Source of the DNA: Octopus vulgaris
Lineage: Eukaryota
Assembly: GCA_951406725.2 (NCBI GenBank)
Contig: OX597821.1
Coordinates: forward strand, 34,472,001 to 34,536,000
Direction of reading: 5' to 3'
Length of the DNA stretch: 64,000 bases
This document shows, one piece after another, positions 13,411-26,770 of the stretch. The notes beneath the pieces were generated by a model. That model made no database searches. It worked only from the letters and a program-made list of their open reading frames with translations, and was not told the DNA's origin. The first letter of the stretch is position 1; each line of letters begins with the position of its first letter. The translations under genes and the position numbers were made by a program.

Positions 13411-14029
13411 CTGAAGCAACAATAAGTGTATTGCCATCAATATTGAATGGGCAGAATTATGGTGAATGGGGCAGGGAAGGATGAGGGAACACGCATACAA
13501 GAGCAAGGGTTAATGTGTGTGTGTGTGTGCATGTGTGTGTGCATGTGCATATGTGTGTGTGTGCGTGTGTGCATATGTGTGCATGTGTGTGTGTTGGTGA
13601 GTGCAGTGTTTGGTTGCTCTCCCAGTTCACAGCTGTTGGTATAAAACTGATGATATATCACATGACATCTATTTGTCCTGATGATACACTTTTAGACTGG
13701 AGGGTGGTGGGGAAGAAGGGATGAGGATGAGGACGAGGATGAAGAGGAACGTTGTGATGTCATGATTGACTTTGTGAGTTTGAAGAACAGCGATAGACAG
13801 ATAGACAGACAGATAGAGAGAGAGAGAGAGGAAGAAAATGTGAGAGAGAGATGTAGTATGTTCTAAATTGAAAGATACACACACACACACACACACACAC
13901 ATACACACACACATTGTGACATATTGATATGAAGATTTGATAGTAGAGGTTTAGCGCCGTAGTAATTAGAAGTAAGAACAACCATAAAATAAATTCCTAA
14001 AAATGCTTAGCATGTTCTGTAGAATTTAG

Positions 14030-14520
14030 TTGAGAGCTTTCGTTACCTAGGTGACTGAATTAGCAGTGGTTGAGAGTTCCATAAGCATAGCAGTTGCCAG
14101 AGTGAGAACAGGGTGGATAAATTTCAGGAAGTTGTTACCTCGGCTGACACCATGGTGATTCTCTCACCGAGTGAAGGGTAGAATGGTTGATGCTTGTAGC
14201 AAAGTGCCATGCAGTGTGAGGGCAAAATGTGGGGGTTTTTTGAATACAGAGGATGCGGAAAGCATGGAAAGGAATCGGTAAGTCCTGGGTGTGTAATGTG
14301 AATGTGTCTGAATTGCAGAACACAAATGAACTGAGAAGAAAATTGGGTTAGAGAGGAATCAGCTATGGTGTGCAAGGGAAAAGACCTGTACTGGCACAGT
14401 GGTACCGATATGTGGTGTGTGCAGAGGAAGACAGATTGCAAAGAAGGGTCAAATGATCCAAATTGAAGCTACATGTGAAAAAGAAAGACCTAGAAAGACA
14501 TGGTAAGAAGTCATGAAGGC
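14030..14520 (+). pseudogene. Degraded RTE LINE RT C-terminal fragment
   Basis: ttcgttacctaggtgac (FRYLGD), VARVRTGWINFRKLLP, SHRVKGR; homologous to the 45254-46011 ORF with stops and frameshifts. Confidence 0.8.
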
Positions 14521-15039
14521 TAATTTGTTTCTTTACTAACTACAAGGGGCTAAACATAGAGGAGACAAACAAGGACAGACAAAGGGATTAAGTTGATTAC
14601 ATCGACCCCAGTGCGTAACTGGTACTTAATTTATTGACCCCGAAAGGATGAAGTGACTGAACCTGACCCTCAGGAAGGGGACAAGAAAAGGATATAAGTA
14701 GCAAGACACAGATGTATAACAAAACTTGTCCAACCCATGCAATCCATGATGTTAATGATGTTGAGGGAGATGGATAAATAGATAGGACATTGATTTAAAT
14801 AGTAATTATGTTGAATTAGAGAGCTGTTTGTTGATGTAGATAGTTAATGATTTTATATAATTAGACAGACACCCTTGCCTTGCCAACCATTTTAGCAAAT
14901 CTACCCTCACTAGAATGCCAGCCCTCTTGGACACCTTCCCCTTTCATGTTTTTTTTTGTGTTGTTGTTGTTGCTGTTGTTTTGGTTGATACGGCAGCTGC
15001 TGCAGGCTTTGAGTTGCACATAGTTGTGTACTCTAAACA

Positions 15040-15917
15040 TACGTGGTCTGATCAATAAGTATCCGGACTGTTGCCATAGTAACAAAGCTAAATCACACAA
15101 AGTGAAGCCACTTGGTACAGATTGATCTTGAACTCTGCTGTGCATGTGCACTAAGCTTTAACGTTCTAGCTCACTTTCTCTGTTTACAGCAGTGCCTGGA
15201 AGGAAGTTGTGTAGCGTGTGATCATCGCATTGACAATGACAGAAAAAGTTGAGCAGAGGATCGGCATCAAATTTTTGCCAAAAGCTTGGCAATACCTGCT
15301 CAGAGGCCTACGCAAAGTTATCAAAAAGGTTTCCATCATTTTCGACACAATCAAGGAGATCTTGTGTAACTGAAACCCAAATGTCTTTTTGTTCAGCTGA
15401 AAGCAGTTTTTGTACAAACTTGGCACTCATGCATCTCATACTCAAATCCTCAGTAATAATGGACTGAACTCAACTGCAACTAATCTGCACATCATCTGAT
15501 GACTCACGGATGGTGATTTGATGATTTCCCCTCTCAGCTGCATGCACATCTGTGGGGTTTTTTGCTCAGTTCTGTTGGTTGTAGGTTTCCTAGAACACTT
15601 GTCAATATCAATATTTTTTGGCCATCTTGGAAATGTCTGCACCACTGTATGACTCATACACTTTCTGCAACTTTGCATAGGCCTCTGTGTAGGTATCACC
15701 ATGACAACTTTTTTTGTCGTGGTCAATGCGACAATCACACACTACACACCTTCCTTCCAAGCACTGCTGTAAACAGCAGAAGTGAACTAGAACTTTAAAA
15801 CTTTAATGTGCATTCACAGCAGAGTTCAAAATCAATCTTTGCCAAGTGGCTTCACACTGCACAGTTTAGCTTTGTTACTATGGCAACAGTCCGGATACTT
15901 ATTGATCAGCTCTTGTA
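15040..15917 (-). mobile_element. Mariner-derived non-autonomous element with long inverted ends and transposase N-terminal remnant
   Basis: TA flanks; TIR ctgatcaataagtatccggactgttgccatagtaac at both ends; remnants MTEKVEQRIGIKF..KLGNTCSEAY (+) and ITEDLSMRCMSAKFVQKLLSAEQK (-). Confidence 0.9.
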
Positions 15918-16045
15918 CACATCTAATACACCAGACTCTGATGAGCCCATGAAGGGGAAGAATGATGCAAACAGACATATTCTCTGGACTATGTCTTAAG
16001 TGAAGCAAACTTTCTGTGTGTGTATATGTGTGTGTGTTTAGATAG

Positions 16046-16092
<47 letters not shown>

Positions 16093-16383
16093 TATCATTC
16101 AACATCTGTTTTCCATGCTGGCATGGGTTGGATGGTTTGACAAGAGCTGACCAGCTGAAGAGCTGGTTGGGCTCCATCTGTTTTGGCAAGGTTTCTACAG
16201 TTGGATGCCCTTCCTATAATCAAAAATACTGATAGATATATGTGGAAATAGGAAAAATATTAATTCAGTACAAAATATTTTTGTTTATTCCCCACCTCAT
16301 AGAATGACAAAGGAACGAAAAGGAGAAAAGAATAACCACACTCTTTTGTCTCAGAAAGAGAGAAAACATACATTTAAATAATG

Positions 16384-16807
16384 GGATCTTTTCGGTTTGA
16401 ACGGCAGTTTTTAACATAATTTCTAGGTAACTAAAAAATTTTAAACTTCGTATACTGGTAGAATGTGTTTATAAAACAACTTTTTCTCTTGGCTTTATTG
16501 AGAAAATTCTATAGTTTGTAAGATATTTGTTGTTTTTTTTTCTTCCATTTCTGCAATTTCAAACAACCGGTGACGTCTGTTGGGTTAAAAAGCATTCTGT
16601 GCCGTATGAATATGTCCCTCGTTTAAGAAACAGATTGGGTTTATTTACATTTGTGAAGAAAAAAAGATACCCTTCCCCCCACCCCTAACCCTAACCCTAA
16701 CCCTAAAAGAGATTGAAATGCAATAGATCGATACTAGGGTCATAATTATGGGTGACAATTTCATATGACACCGCTAGAAAAAACTGCCGTTCAAACCGGA
16801 AAGATCC
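16384..16807. mobile_element. MITE family G: ~28-bp TIRs, 8-bp TSD, internal (CCCTAA)n
   Basis: TIR ggatcttttcggtttgaacggcagttttt; TSD aaataatg on both sides. Confidence 0.92.
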
Positions 16808-17914
16808 AAATAATGTAATCCAAGGTGACCCCTAAAAATATGAAGTGACCACCGTTGTAATGTGTTTGAACTATATTTCAGCTTATTTAGAACTGACTTG
16901 ATGCTGAACAAGCATAGAGTTTCTCAGCACCACGACCATAGCAACAACAACAACTACCATTATTATCACTACCACCACTACCACTACCACATTTTCCCGC
17001 CGGGAAAAATGCATAGGCCTATTTCGTCTGCCGTTACGTTCTGAGTTCAAATTTGGCCGAGGTCGACTTAGCCTTTCATCCTTTCGGGGTCGATTAAATA
17101 AGTACCAGTTACGCACTGGAGTCGATATAATCGACTTAATCTGCTGAGGGCTCTGAGACATGAGTTTGCATTTAGGGATATTTACTTATCCTTCTCCATT
17201 ATGACCTTGGCCATGAGATCTATAGCCCGAGCTAAAGAACAAAGCCGGAAGAGGAAAATTTTGTGAAATTCAATAATTTTTTGAAATTATTCTCTTTTTT
17301 CTTTGAAGGGCTCTAACAGTTACTGTCAAGTTTTGGCTTTCTTTCTCCAAATAAAAGGCATAATTCATTTTTTTATTTTTGTTTTTGTTTTTGTTTTTGC
17401 ATAAAACATTCAGTATGCTCCCATCTACCTGAATTATCGAAATTCTTGCCATTGGCCCTTTTCAGTTATTTCCCTTAGCTCACATATTGTAATTATGCAA
17501 GTTATACTGGCTAAAAGAATATTCATTATTTTTCTTTTTCCCCACTTCTAAAAAGTTTATACCCAGTGATTTAACTAGGCTTAAGAAAGATTATACTTTA
17601 CTAATAAGGTCTAATAAGACAGAAACATGTCTTGTTGTTATCTTTCCTGCTACAAAGATCAGGTTTGTCCTCTCATGCATAAAAATTCAATTCTCAGTGA
17701 ACTTAATTCTTACTTTCATAAAATTACCTCCCCTTTTCTTTGAGGGTTGTTAACGGTTGTTGTTTGTTTTTAGTTTTCTTACCCTACTAAGAGGTGAATT
17801 TCATTTCTATCATAAAGTGTGTGCATCCATCATTCAGTATCTTATCACTCACCTGAATCGTCCAGTCATAACATTAACTTACTTCAGTTATCTTCCTCTT
17901 TCTCTCTTTTTCCT

Positions 17915-18311
17915 CTTTTTACTTGTTTCAGTCATTTTGACTACGGCCATGCTGGTGCACCACCTTTAATTGAGCAACTCAACCCCGGGACTTATTCTTT
18001 GTAAGCCCAGTACGTATTCTATCGGTCTCTTTTGCCGAACCGCTAAGTGATGGGGACATAAACACACCAGCATCGGTTCTCAAGCAATGCTAGGGGGACA
18101 AACACAGACACACAAACATACATACACATACATATATATACATATATACGATGGGCTTCTTTCAGTTTCCGTCTCCCAAATCCACTCACAAGGCTTTGGT
18201 CGACCCGAGGCTACAGTAGAAGACACTTGCCCAAGGTGCCACTCAGTGGGACTGAACCCGGAACCATGTGGTTGGTAAACAAGCTACTTACCACACAGCC
18301 ACTCCTGCGCA
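17915..18311 (-). mobile_element. SINE family B, full length
   Basis: Homology to the other B copies. Confidence 0.92.
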
Positions 18312-18762
18312 TTTTTTATTTTATTTCATTTTATCTAGTTTCAGCTCATGAGCTGTGGCCATGCTAGGGCACCGCCATTCACCACCTTTGCTCACATCTT
18401 ATAATTAAAGAACCAAAGAACACGACACATTCCTTAAAAGAGGACAAAAATCTCCATGAGTGACCTTATAGGTTTTGGAGAAGAAAAAGCTCTGTCTCTC
18501 TTTCTCTCTCTCTCTCTCCCTCTCCATCCCTCCCTCCTTTACTCTGTCTGTCTGTCTCTCTCTTTCTCTCTTCCTTTCCCATTCCAGCAAATCCTCTTTC
18601 TGTACTACTTAGGTGAATGAGATGTTTTCTGGTGTTTAGTATTGCAATGCTTATAGTAGCTATGAGAGTGGTGGTGGTGATGGTGGTGGTGGTGGTGATG
18701 GTGGTGGTGGTGGTGGTGGTGGTGGCAGTAGTGATGGTAGTTTATAGAGTATGTTTTAGCAG

Positions 18763-18814
<52 letters not shown>

Positions 18815-19103
18815 AAGTGCTTTACTGTAGTCATTAGTTGTTACTAATGGTACAATAATATATGAAGGAAAAAGATGGTCATTTCCTAATAGAAGCCATT
18901 AGTGGATGGTTACAATTTCTGGAAATTTGCCTCAGAGCCTGCTCCATTAGAAAAGAGGTATGGGTGATAAATACACACACAAGCACCTCCCCACCATACA
19001 CACACATTCATGAACACACCTGTAAATAAACACATGCATCCATATAAATATACATTCACATGGTACATATATAATACCTTTATATATGCATATATATATG
19101 CAT

Positions 19104-19335
19104 AAGGCGGCGAGCTGGCAGAAACGTTAGCACGCCGGGCGAAATGCTTAGCGGTATCTCGTCTGTCACTACGTTCTGAGTTCAAATTCCGCCGAGGTCG
19201 ACTTTGCCTTTCATCCTTTCGGGGTCGATAAATTAAGTACCAGTCATGCACTGGGGTCGATGTAATCGACTTAATACCTATGTCTGTCCTTGTTTGTCCC
19301 CTCTGTGTTTAGCCCCTTGTGGGTAATAAAGAAAT
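19104..19335 (+). mobile_element. SINE family A, full length
   Basis: Homology to the other A copies. Confidence 0.92.
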
Positions 19336-19351
19336 AATATATGTATGCATA

Positions 19352-19710
19352 TGGTGAAGGTGCATGGCTCAGTGGTTAGAGCTTCCGACTCACAATCATG
19401 AGGTGGTGATTTTGATTCCCAGACCAGGCTGTGTGCTGTGTTCTTGAGCAAGACACTATTTCACATTGCTCCAGTCCACTCAGCTGTAGAAATGCGTTGT
19501 GATGTCACTGGTGCCAAGCTCTCTCAGCCTTTTGCCTTTCCCTTGGACAACATCGGTGACATGGAGAGGGGAGGCTAGTATGCATGAGGGACTACTGGTC
19601 TTCTATAAATAGCTTTGCCCAGACTTGTACCTTGGAGGGTAATTTTCTAGGTGCAATCCCATGGTCATTCATGACCAAAGTGGGCGGTGGGGGGGGTCTT
19701 TACCCTTTTT
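19352..19710 (+). mobile_element. SINE family D
   Basis: A box tggctcagtgg, degenerate B box ttttgattccc, cttgagcaagacact core. Confidence 0.85.
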
Positions 19711-20019
19711 TCATATGTATTCAAACGACACTTACTGAACAGTAGAGAAAGAAATGTATACATCAATGTGCAATAAAAAAAAAAATGACAAATTGGAGCA
19801 GTCTAATTCAAAGCATGTAAAGCAATAAGGAATAGTGTGTAAATATTTTTTATTTTTTAACCATTTGGATAGCAAAAAGTAGGAGGCACCCTTCAACTTT
19901 GTCTATTCAATATTTACACACTATTAGTTATAGCTTTATGTGCTTCAAGTTAAACCAGTCCAAAGTGAATTTTATATATATATCTTCATCATTACTTTTT
20001 CATGATGGCATAGAATGTA

Positions 20020-20055
<36 letters not shown>

Positions 20056-20077
20056 TGTATGTATGTATGTATGTATG

Positions 20078-20395
20078 TCACTCCATCAGTTAAAACGACA
20101 AGGGTTCTAGTTGATCTGATCAACAGAACAGCCTGCTCATGAAATTATCATGCAAGTGGCTGAGTACTCCACAGATATGTGTACCCCTAACGTAGTTCTC
20201 CGGGAGATTTAGCATGACAAAGAATGTGACAAGGCTGGCCCTTTGAAACACTGGTATTACTCATTTTTGCCAGCTGAGTGGACTGGAGCAATGTGAAATA
20301 AAGTGTCTTGCTCAAGGACACAGTGTATCACCAGGAATCGAACTTGTGACTTTACTATTGTTAGCTGTATGCTCTAACCACTATGCCACTCACAT
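20078..20395 (-). mobile_element. tRNA-derived SINE family E
   Basis: Minus-strand B box agttcgattcc, cttgagcaagacact core; second copy at 30978-31292, older copy ~23040-23310. Confidence 0.82.
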
Positions 20396-20528
20396 TCACT
20401 TGTGTGTGTGTGTGTTTGTGTGTGTGAATATATGCTTACATACATGCAGTATATCTGTAGGCATATATACAGTATACATACATAAACATACATGTAAACA
20501 TGTACTTTGAGAGTACGTTGTCAGCAGA

Positions 20529-20700
20529 ACACACACACACAGACACACAAACACACACAAACACACACACACACATACAAACACACACATACACACGCAC
20601 AAACACGCACACACACAAACACGCACACCCACATAAACACAGACACAGACACAGGCACACACACACACACAAACACACCCACACAAACACACACAAACAA

Positions 20701-20750
<50 letters not shown>
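20529..20750. repeat. Imperfect (CA)n microsatellite
   Basis: Direct inspection. Confidence 0.95.
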
Positions 20751-20753
<3 letters not shown>

Positions 20754-21181
20754 GATGGTCATTTCTAATATGTAGGTTGCTGTTGAAAGGCTTCTGGTTT
20801 TAATGTTGTTATAAACGATGTAGGAACACTTTGTGCATGTGTGGTCATTAAATCAATTGACCATTTATTGACTTTATCCATCACAGAGTTTTCTGGTTCT
20901 GAAGGCTTTCCTCAGACTGGCTGTTATTGAATTTCAGAGAAATAAGAATTCCATGCTTTTGATGTGGAATTCTTGGTCCTCTGTTGCTATTTCTTGTTAC
21001 TTTTTTTTTACACTCAGCTGTAATGTCACTCTGTTATCACATTCTTTTGCTCTTTTAATCTGTCACTCTTTCACCGTTTCCTGTTTCATGCTGTTACCAT
21101 AGTATTCTGCTGCTATTCCACACTGTTGCTATTGCAAACTGCTGCCAGTGCACTCTGTTTGGTAAATATACAGTTGGTAGA

Positions 21182-21268
21182 TCTCCGTGGAGTAGTGGTA
21201 TCATAGTCGTCTGGTATATAGCAGATGTATGGTTCGATCCCCGCTGGACTTGAACCATATTTTTTTTC
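21182..21268 (+). pseudogene. tRNA-like Pol III unit (A box, B box, T-run), degenerate
   Basis: tggagtagtgg ... ggttcgatccc at tRNA-like spacing, followed by a T8 run; cloverleaf stems pair poorly. Confidence 0.35.
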
Positions 21269-21732
21269 TTCCATCTAAAGAATATTTTCACCTGTTATAT
21301 CTCTCCGATCTATCAATTAAGGCTCCATTTGCATTTGAACAACTTCTTTGAAGACTTTTATTCAATAAGGTTTGGGTTAGTAGTTTGAAAAACTATAATT
21401 ATAAAGAACTATGTGTCGTTTATTATTTCTTTCTGCAATAGCTGGCCTCGTTCCTCCTCCTCCCCCTCCACCTCCATCTTCACCACCTCCTCCTCCCCTC
21501 CTTCCTCCCCTCCCCTCCTTCCTCCTTTCTCCTCCCCTCCTTCTTCCTTCCCCTCCTTCCTCCTTCCCCTCCTTCCTCCTTCCCCTCCTCTCTCCTCCTC
21601 CAGTAGGTGTAGTTGTCTCAGTAGAAATTACACCTGTCTCAGTAGAATTTGCTGTTGCCCCTCTAGCAGCTGTGGTTATTCACATTGAAGATATTGTTCT
21701 CGTGGCTGCCCTAATAGAAATTGTCGTTGTTA

Positions 21733-21965
21733 AGGTGGCGAGCTGGCAGAAACGTTAGCACGCCAGGCGAAATGCTTAGCGGCATTTCGTCTGTCGCTAC
21801 TTTCTGAGTTCAAATTCCGCCGAGGTTGACTTAGCCTTTCATCTTTTCGGGGTCGATTCAATAAGTACCAGTTAGGCACTGGGGTCGATGTAATCGACTT
21901 AATTCCTTTGTCTGTCCTTGTTTTGTCCCCTCTATGTTTAGCCCCTTGTGGGCAATAAAGAAATA
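21733..21965 (+). mobile_element. SINE family A, full length
   Basis: Homology; gaaattg(t/c)cgtt duplicated in the flanks. Confidence 0.92.
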
Positions 21966-22237
21966 TGAAATTGCCGTTCGTTACTCAACAGCAGCTCAGT
22001 GTTGTTAATTCAGTTTCAAGTAACAGAATGGCTTCAACTCAAATTAATTTGAGCTTTGAAAACTGGAGAGAACTTAGCCTACTGTTTCTTTAGCAACTTT
22101 GGTTCAGTAATTTTCATTCAGTTCAGAAGACTCCTTTCATATTGAAAACCCCCTCCACCTCCACTTGAAGTGATATCCACAAGAGATAGTTAGTGGGTGT
22201 GTATCTCTCTTTCCAAGTTCATCTTAGAATTTTTGCT

Positions 22238-22275
<38 letters not shown>

Positions 22276-23310
22276 TTAGCTAATGTACCTAACTAAATGA
22301 AAATCAAGCTAAAATAGAAATTCCTGTTTTACTTAAATACATCTGCTATCGATTTATTTTATTGCATCATCTAATGTTTTATATTTTTACTCAAGTTATA
22401 TAACATATATATTTATTTATTTATTTATTTATTTATTTATTGTGAAGTTACAAATTGGCATTTTATTCAAACATTCGAATGTTTTCTTTTTGGCTCATGT
22501 CAAAATTATTCAGAACTGTTTTGCTGCTACAAATAAATCTTCTAAATACAGTATTTCCGTTCAAATTCCATCCCTATTATCTTTCAGTTTCTTTCTTTCT
22601 TCCTCTTTCCCTCTTTCTCCCCACTACAACCACATATAGATGCATGCACACAGACACATATTCTGTATGTGTGTATGTAAACACGTGGGTTTGTGCATAT
22701 GATTTGTATGTATGTATGTATGTATGAATGTATATATCTATGTATGTATATATCTATGTATGTATGTATATGTGTGTTGTTTTATACGCACACACACACA
22801 CACACACACATATATGATGGGCTTCTTTCAGTTTCTGTTTACCATATCCACTCACAAGGCTTTGGTCAACCTGAGGCTATAGTAGAAGACACTTGCCCAA
22901 GGTGCCACACAGTGGGACTGAACCCGGAACCATGTGTTTGGGAACCAACCTTCTTACCACACAGTCACTCCTGCACCTAATATATATATATATATATACA
23001 CACATGCACATGCACACATTTGATGAAATCTCCTGTTGAAGACGATATATGAGTGTTCAGCATTTGGTGAATGACCTGTACAAATGATTTGTATGTAGTG
23101 ATGCAATGCATGTACTGAGCATTAGTTCACTCCATCAGATTAACACTGCCTTAACAGGTGCACAGTGTAGAATATGTCAGGTGTCACAGTGATCGTAGAG
23201 GAATGTGAAATGAAGCGTTTTGTTCCAGAACGCGACACACCACCCAATCCAAGAATTAATGCCACGACCTTGCAACGATGAGTGCAACACTCTAGGCCAC
23301 TAGGTCATGC

Positions 23311-23361
<51 letters not shown>

Positions 23362-23372
23362 GTACACACTCA

Positions 23373-23417
<45 letters not shown>

Positions 23418-23789
23418 GGGTGCAAGAATGGCTGTGTGGTTAAGAAGCTCATTTTGCAACCACAGGATTTACAGTTCAATCTCATTGCATGATGTCTCCT
23501 TGTGTGTGGATTTGGTAGATTGGAACTTTGTAGAAGCCTATTGTGTGTGTGTGTGTGTGTGTGTGTGAAAGTGCATGGCCTTATGGCTAGGGCATTGCAC
23601 TCACCATTGTAAGATGCTGGTTTTGATTTCTGGACTGGATGGTGCTTTGTGTGCTTGTGTAAATACTTAATTTCACATTGCACATTTGAAGGTTATTTCG
23701 CTGCTACTTCTAGCTGGGCAAATGACCACAAGAAGCTTCCTATGTTATTGTTGTTTAATCTCAGGTCAGTTCTGACACTTAAACCCATT

Positions 23790-24680
23790 AGGATGCTACT
23801 GCATAACTTGACACTAAAACTAGATGATCCCTTTACGTTGCTTAGGAATCTTGATCCCTCTCACCTGTGTAATGGAACTCGCTTAATTGTTACTTCCATG
23901 AAGCCCCATGTCCTACAGGCAAGAATCATAACAGGTAGTTACAGAGGAGAAAATATCTTTATTCCAAAAATTCCTGTCATATCTTTTGAATTTAAGATGC
24001 TTCAGTTTCCAGTTAAACTAAGTTTTGGTATTTCAATTAACAAATCTCAGGGTCAATCCCTAAAGGTAGTTGCACTTGATCTCTCTGCTACATGCCTCTT
24101 CTATGACTAACTCTATGTTGCTTTCTCATGACTTGGAAGCAGCAACAATTTATTCATTTTGATACCATCGTAAAATTGCACAATGAATATTGTTTATTCA
24201 ACATTGACCGTTGCCAGCGCCACCCTGACTGGCCTCCGTGCTGGTGGCACATAAAAACCACCATCTGATCATGGCCATTGCCAGCCTCTCCATGCTGGTG
24301 GCATGTAAAAAGCACCATCCGATCATGGCCGTTTGCCAGCCTCATCTGGCACGTAAAAAACACCCACTACACTCACGCAGTGGTTGGCGTTAGGAAGGGC
24401 ATCCAGCCGTAGAAACATTGCCAGATCAGACTGGGCCTGGTGCAGCCTTCTGGCTTCCCAGACCCCAGTTAAATCGTCCAACCATGGAAAGCAGACGCTA
24501 AACAATGATGATGATGATGACAGATTTTCAGTTTGAAATTCTATTATCGTTACGATTTGGATATTTTTTGATAAAATATAGATATTTTGAAATAATTATG
24601 AGAATATATCTTTATATTTATTGTTTACTAATCTGAATAAGGACAGCAGTAAGCCGGGCAATGCTGGGTAGTTCATCTAG
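23790..24680 (+). mobile_element. Helitron 3' portion: PIF1-like helicase C-terminus plus 3' terminus, interrupted by an RTE tail (24205-24520)
   Basis: LLRNLDPSHLCNGTRL...QFPVKLSFGISINKSQGQSL...LYVAFS; subterminal gccgggcaatgctggg followed by CTAG|t. Confidence 0.9.
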
Positions 24681-26374
24681 TCTAATATATTCTTTTCTTA
24701 TTAAAAGCTGTAGGGAATCGAAGGGTATTTGGCTACCATTATTAGCAAGTTGATCAAACAAGAGTCGCCCTACAGGAGTTGTTGCTGTTTCAAGCTGCAT
24801 TGACCAAATCAGACCTTATATAGCAGCAGAGCTATCTGTAGTCAATAGCATGTTCTGCGTTCAATAAGTGCCACTCATTGTTATTACAGGAAGAGAACAT
24901 GGTTTTCTAATTAAACCAGGAAATTAGGCTGTTTTGTACCAAATGTAGTTTATTTCTAGTATAGAACATTATTTTAGCTGTTGCAGCTGCTATTGCGTTG
25001 CTGTTGTTGTTGTTGCTGTTGTTCATATTGATGCTGCAATTGCTATTGTTATCGGTGTTTCAGGTTTTGTTGTTGTTATTGTTTAGCCCCAGGTCAGCTG
25101 TTATCGAACAGGGCTGTGATCAAAAGGCTTCTGGATCTAATCAGATTGTCTTTTTCCAATGTGCAAAGAACACAGGACCACATCATCTAATGTACCCTTT
25201 TCTTTTCTTTTTTTGCCGGTGTTACATAACTGGCACTCATGCTGGTGGTACATAAAATGCACCCACTACACACTTGGAGTGGTTGGCATTTGGAAGGGCA
25301 TCAAGCTGTAGAAACAATGCCAAATCAGATTGGAATCTGGTGCAGCTCCCCAGCTTACCAGTTTTCAGTCAAACCATCCAATTCATACCAGCTTGGAAAA
25401 TGAACATTAAATGATGATAATTATGATGATGATGATGATGATGATGTTAAATGGCACATTTTAATTTGGGGAAAATTTGGTTACTTTTTCTAGCAGGTTG
25501 ATCTCAGGTGTTGTTGTTCATAGTACTGATGACTTTTAATTTTAATGTTAATTCTAGAAACATTTTAGGTTGGAGTGTCATCATCATTATTGTTGTTGTT
25601 GTTGTTGTTGTTGCTGTGGTTGTTGTTCCTGTGCTGACGACGACAATATGTATTCAAGCTACAATAAATGTATACCACCTTCAAAATTCACAACAGTACC
25701 AAGTCAATAAGTTGGTTTCCATGTGGTCACTCAGCCTGCTAGAAATAGCACACATAGGATGACTATATCAATTGTACCCTTTTCAAAGGCACTAGGATGT
25801 ATTCTGAAGGAGTTTGACTGTTACGTCAGGTTGATCAACCATGAAGATGCTCTGTTGTAGGCATGTGCTCCTTTGCTGGAGGTGACACTAGTAGTACTTG
25901 TGTTGGTATTATGTTAGGAGTTGCAGTAGTACTTGCCTTTAATAATGATGATGATGATAACGATAATCATGTAATTGTTGTTGGAGTTATAGGTAGTGGT
26001 GTTTGCGTTGGTACAGGAGGTTGTCAGCTTTTAAAGTAGCCATGATGTTTATGCTTGTTGTGGTGTTGGTAGTGGTGGTAGTGGTAATCATTGGTAGCGA
26101 TAATGCTTGTGTTGACACTAGCTGTAGTCACGGTGGTGGTACTAACAGTGACAGTCATAGTGGTGGTGGTTATGTAGTTGACCATTAATTAAGTCCACAG
26201 TGCGCCTGATTCAATTGTTAATGTAAAGAGACTTTGTCTGATTGATTCTCGCACAGCACATAAACACTGCATTGTATTGATGCAACAATGTAATATTAGA
26301 CTGACACAGATCAATTGTTCAATAATATTGGTTAATTGATTGCTTGATTGGCGAGCGAATTAATTGATTTAATT

Positions 26375-26750
26375 AAAGTTCAGGCATTTTACCCATGCTG
26401 GCATCTACAAAGGGTTTCTCAGTCAGAATGGAGGGCAGATCGTGCAATGTTTGTGTATGAAGGTGCAATGTTGCATGGTTGGTGAAAGACGGACATTGTG
26501 TGTGGCAGATGTGTGAAAGCTGGATAGAAATGAGAATAAGATGAGCATGCACCACTGGATATGTGAGGTCAGTGTGCATGAATAACTGGACACAAATGAA
26601 CTGAGATGAAAAGGTAAAAATATGGTTATAAGAGAAAGTAACTGTAGTGGGTAAAACAGAAAACTGAACTGGTTTGGACACACGTTGTGGGTGACAGAGG
26701 AAAAGTTTAAAATGATGAGGACAGGTTGATTGCAGGAAGGCATGATTGTG
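26375..26750 (+). pseudogene. Highly degraded RTE RT C-terminal fragment
   Basis: Collinear similarity to 14120-14420 and to the 45254-46011 ORF. Confidence 0.6.
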
Positions 26751-26770
26751 TATGAATCATCATCTTTTAA

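Noticed and set aside
12173-13414. Long poly-M/D/S/V/L ORFs
   Set aside because: Trinucleotide microsatellites open in several frames on both strands
15931-15990. Hammerhead-like ctgatgagcccatgaaggggaag
   Set aside because: Lacks the closing C and GAAA; stems I and III are not in canonical register
25738-25750. GCTAGAAATAGCA, identical to part of the engineered Cas9 sgRNA scaffold
   Set aside because: Short coincidental GAAA hairpin within family J; no cas genes or array
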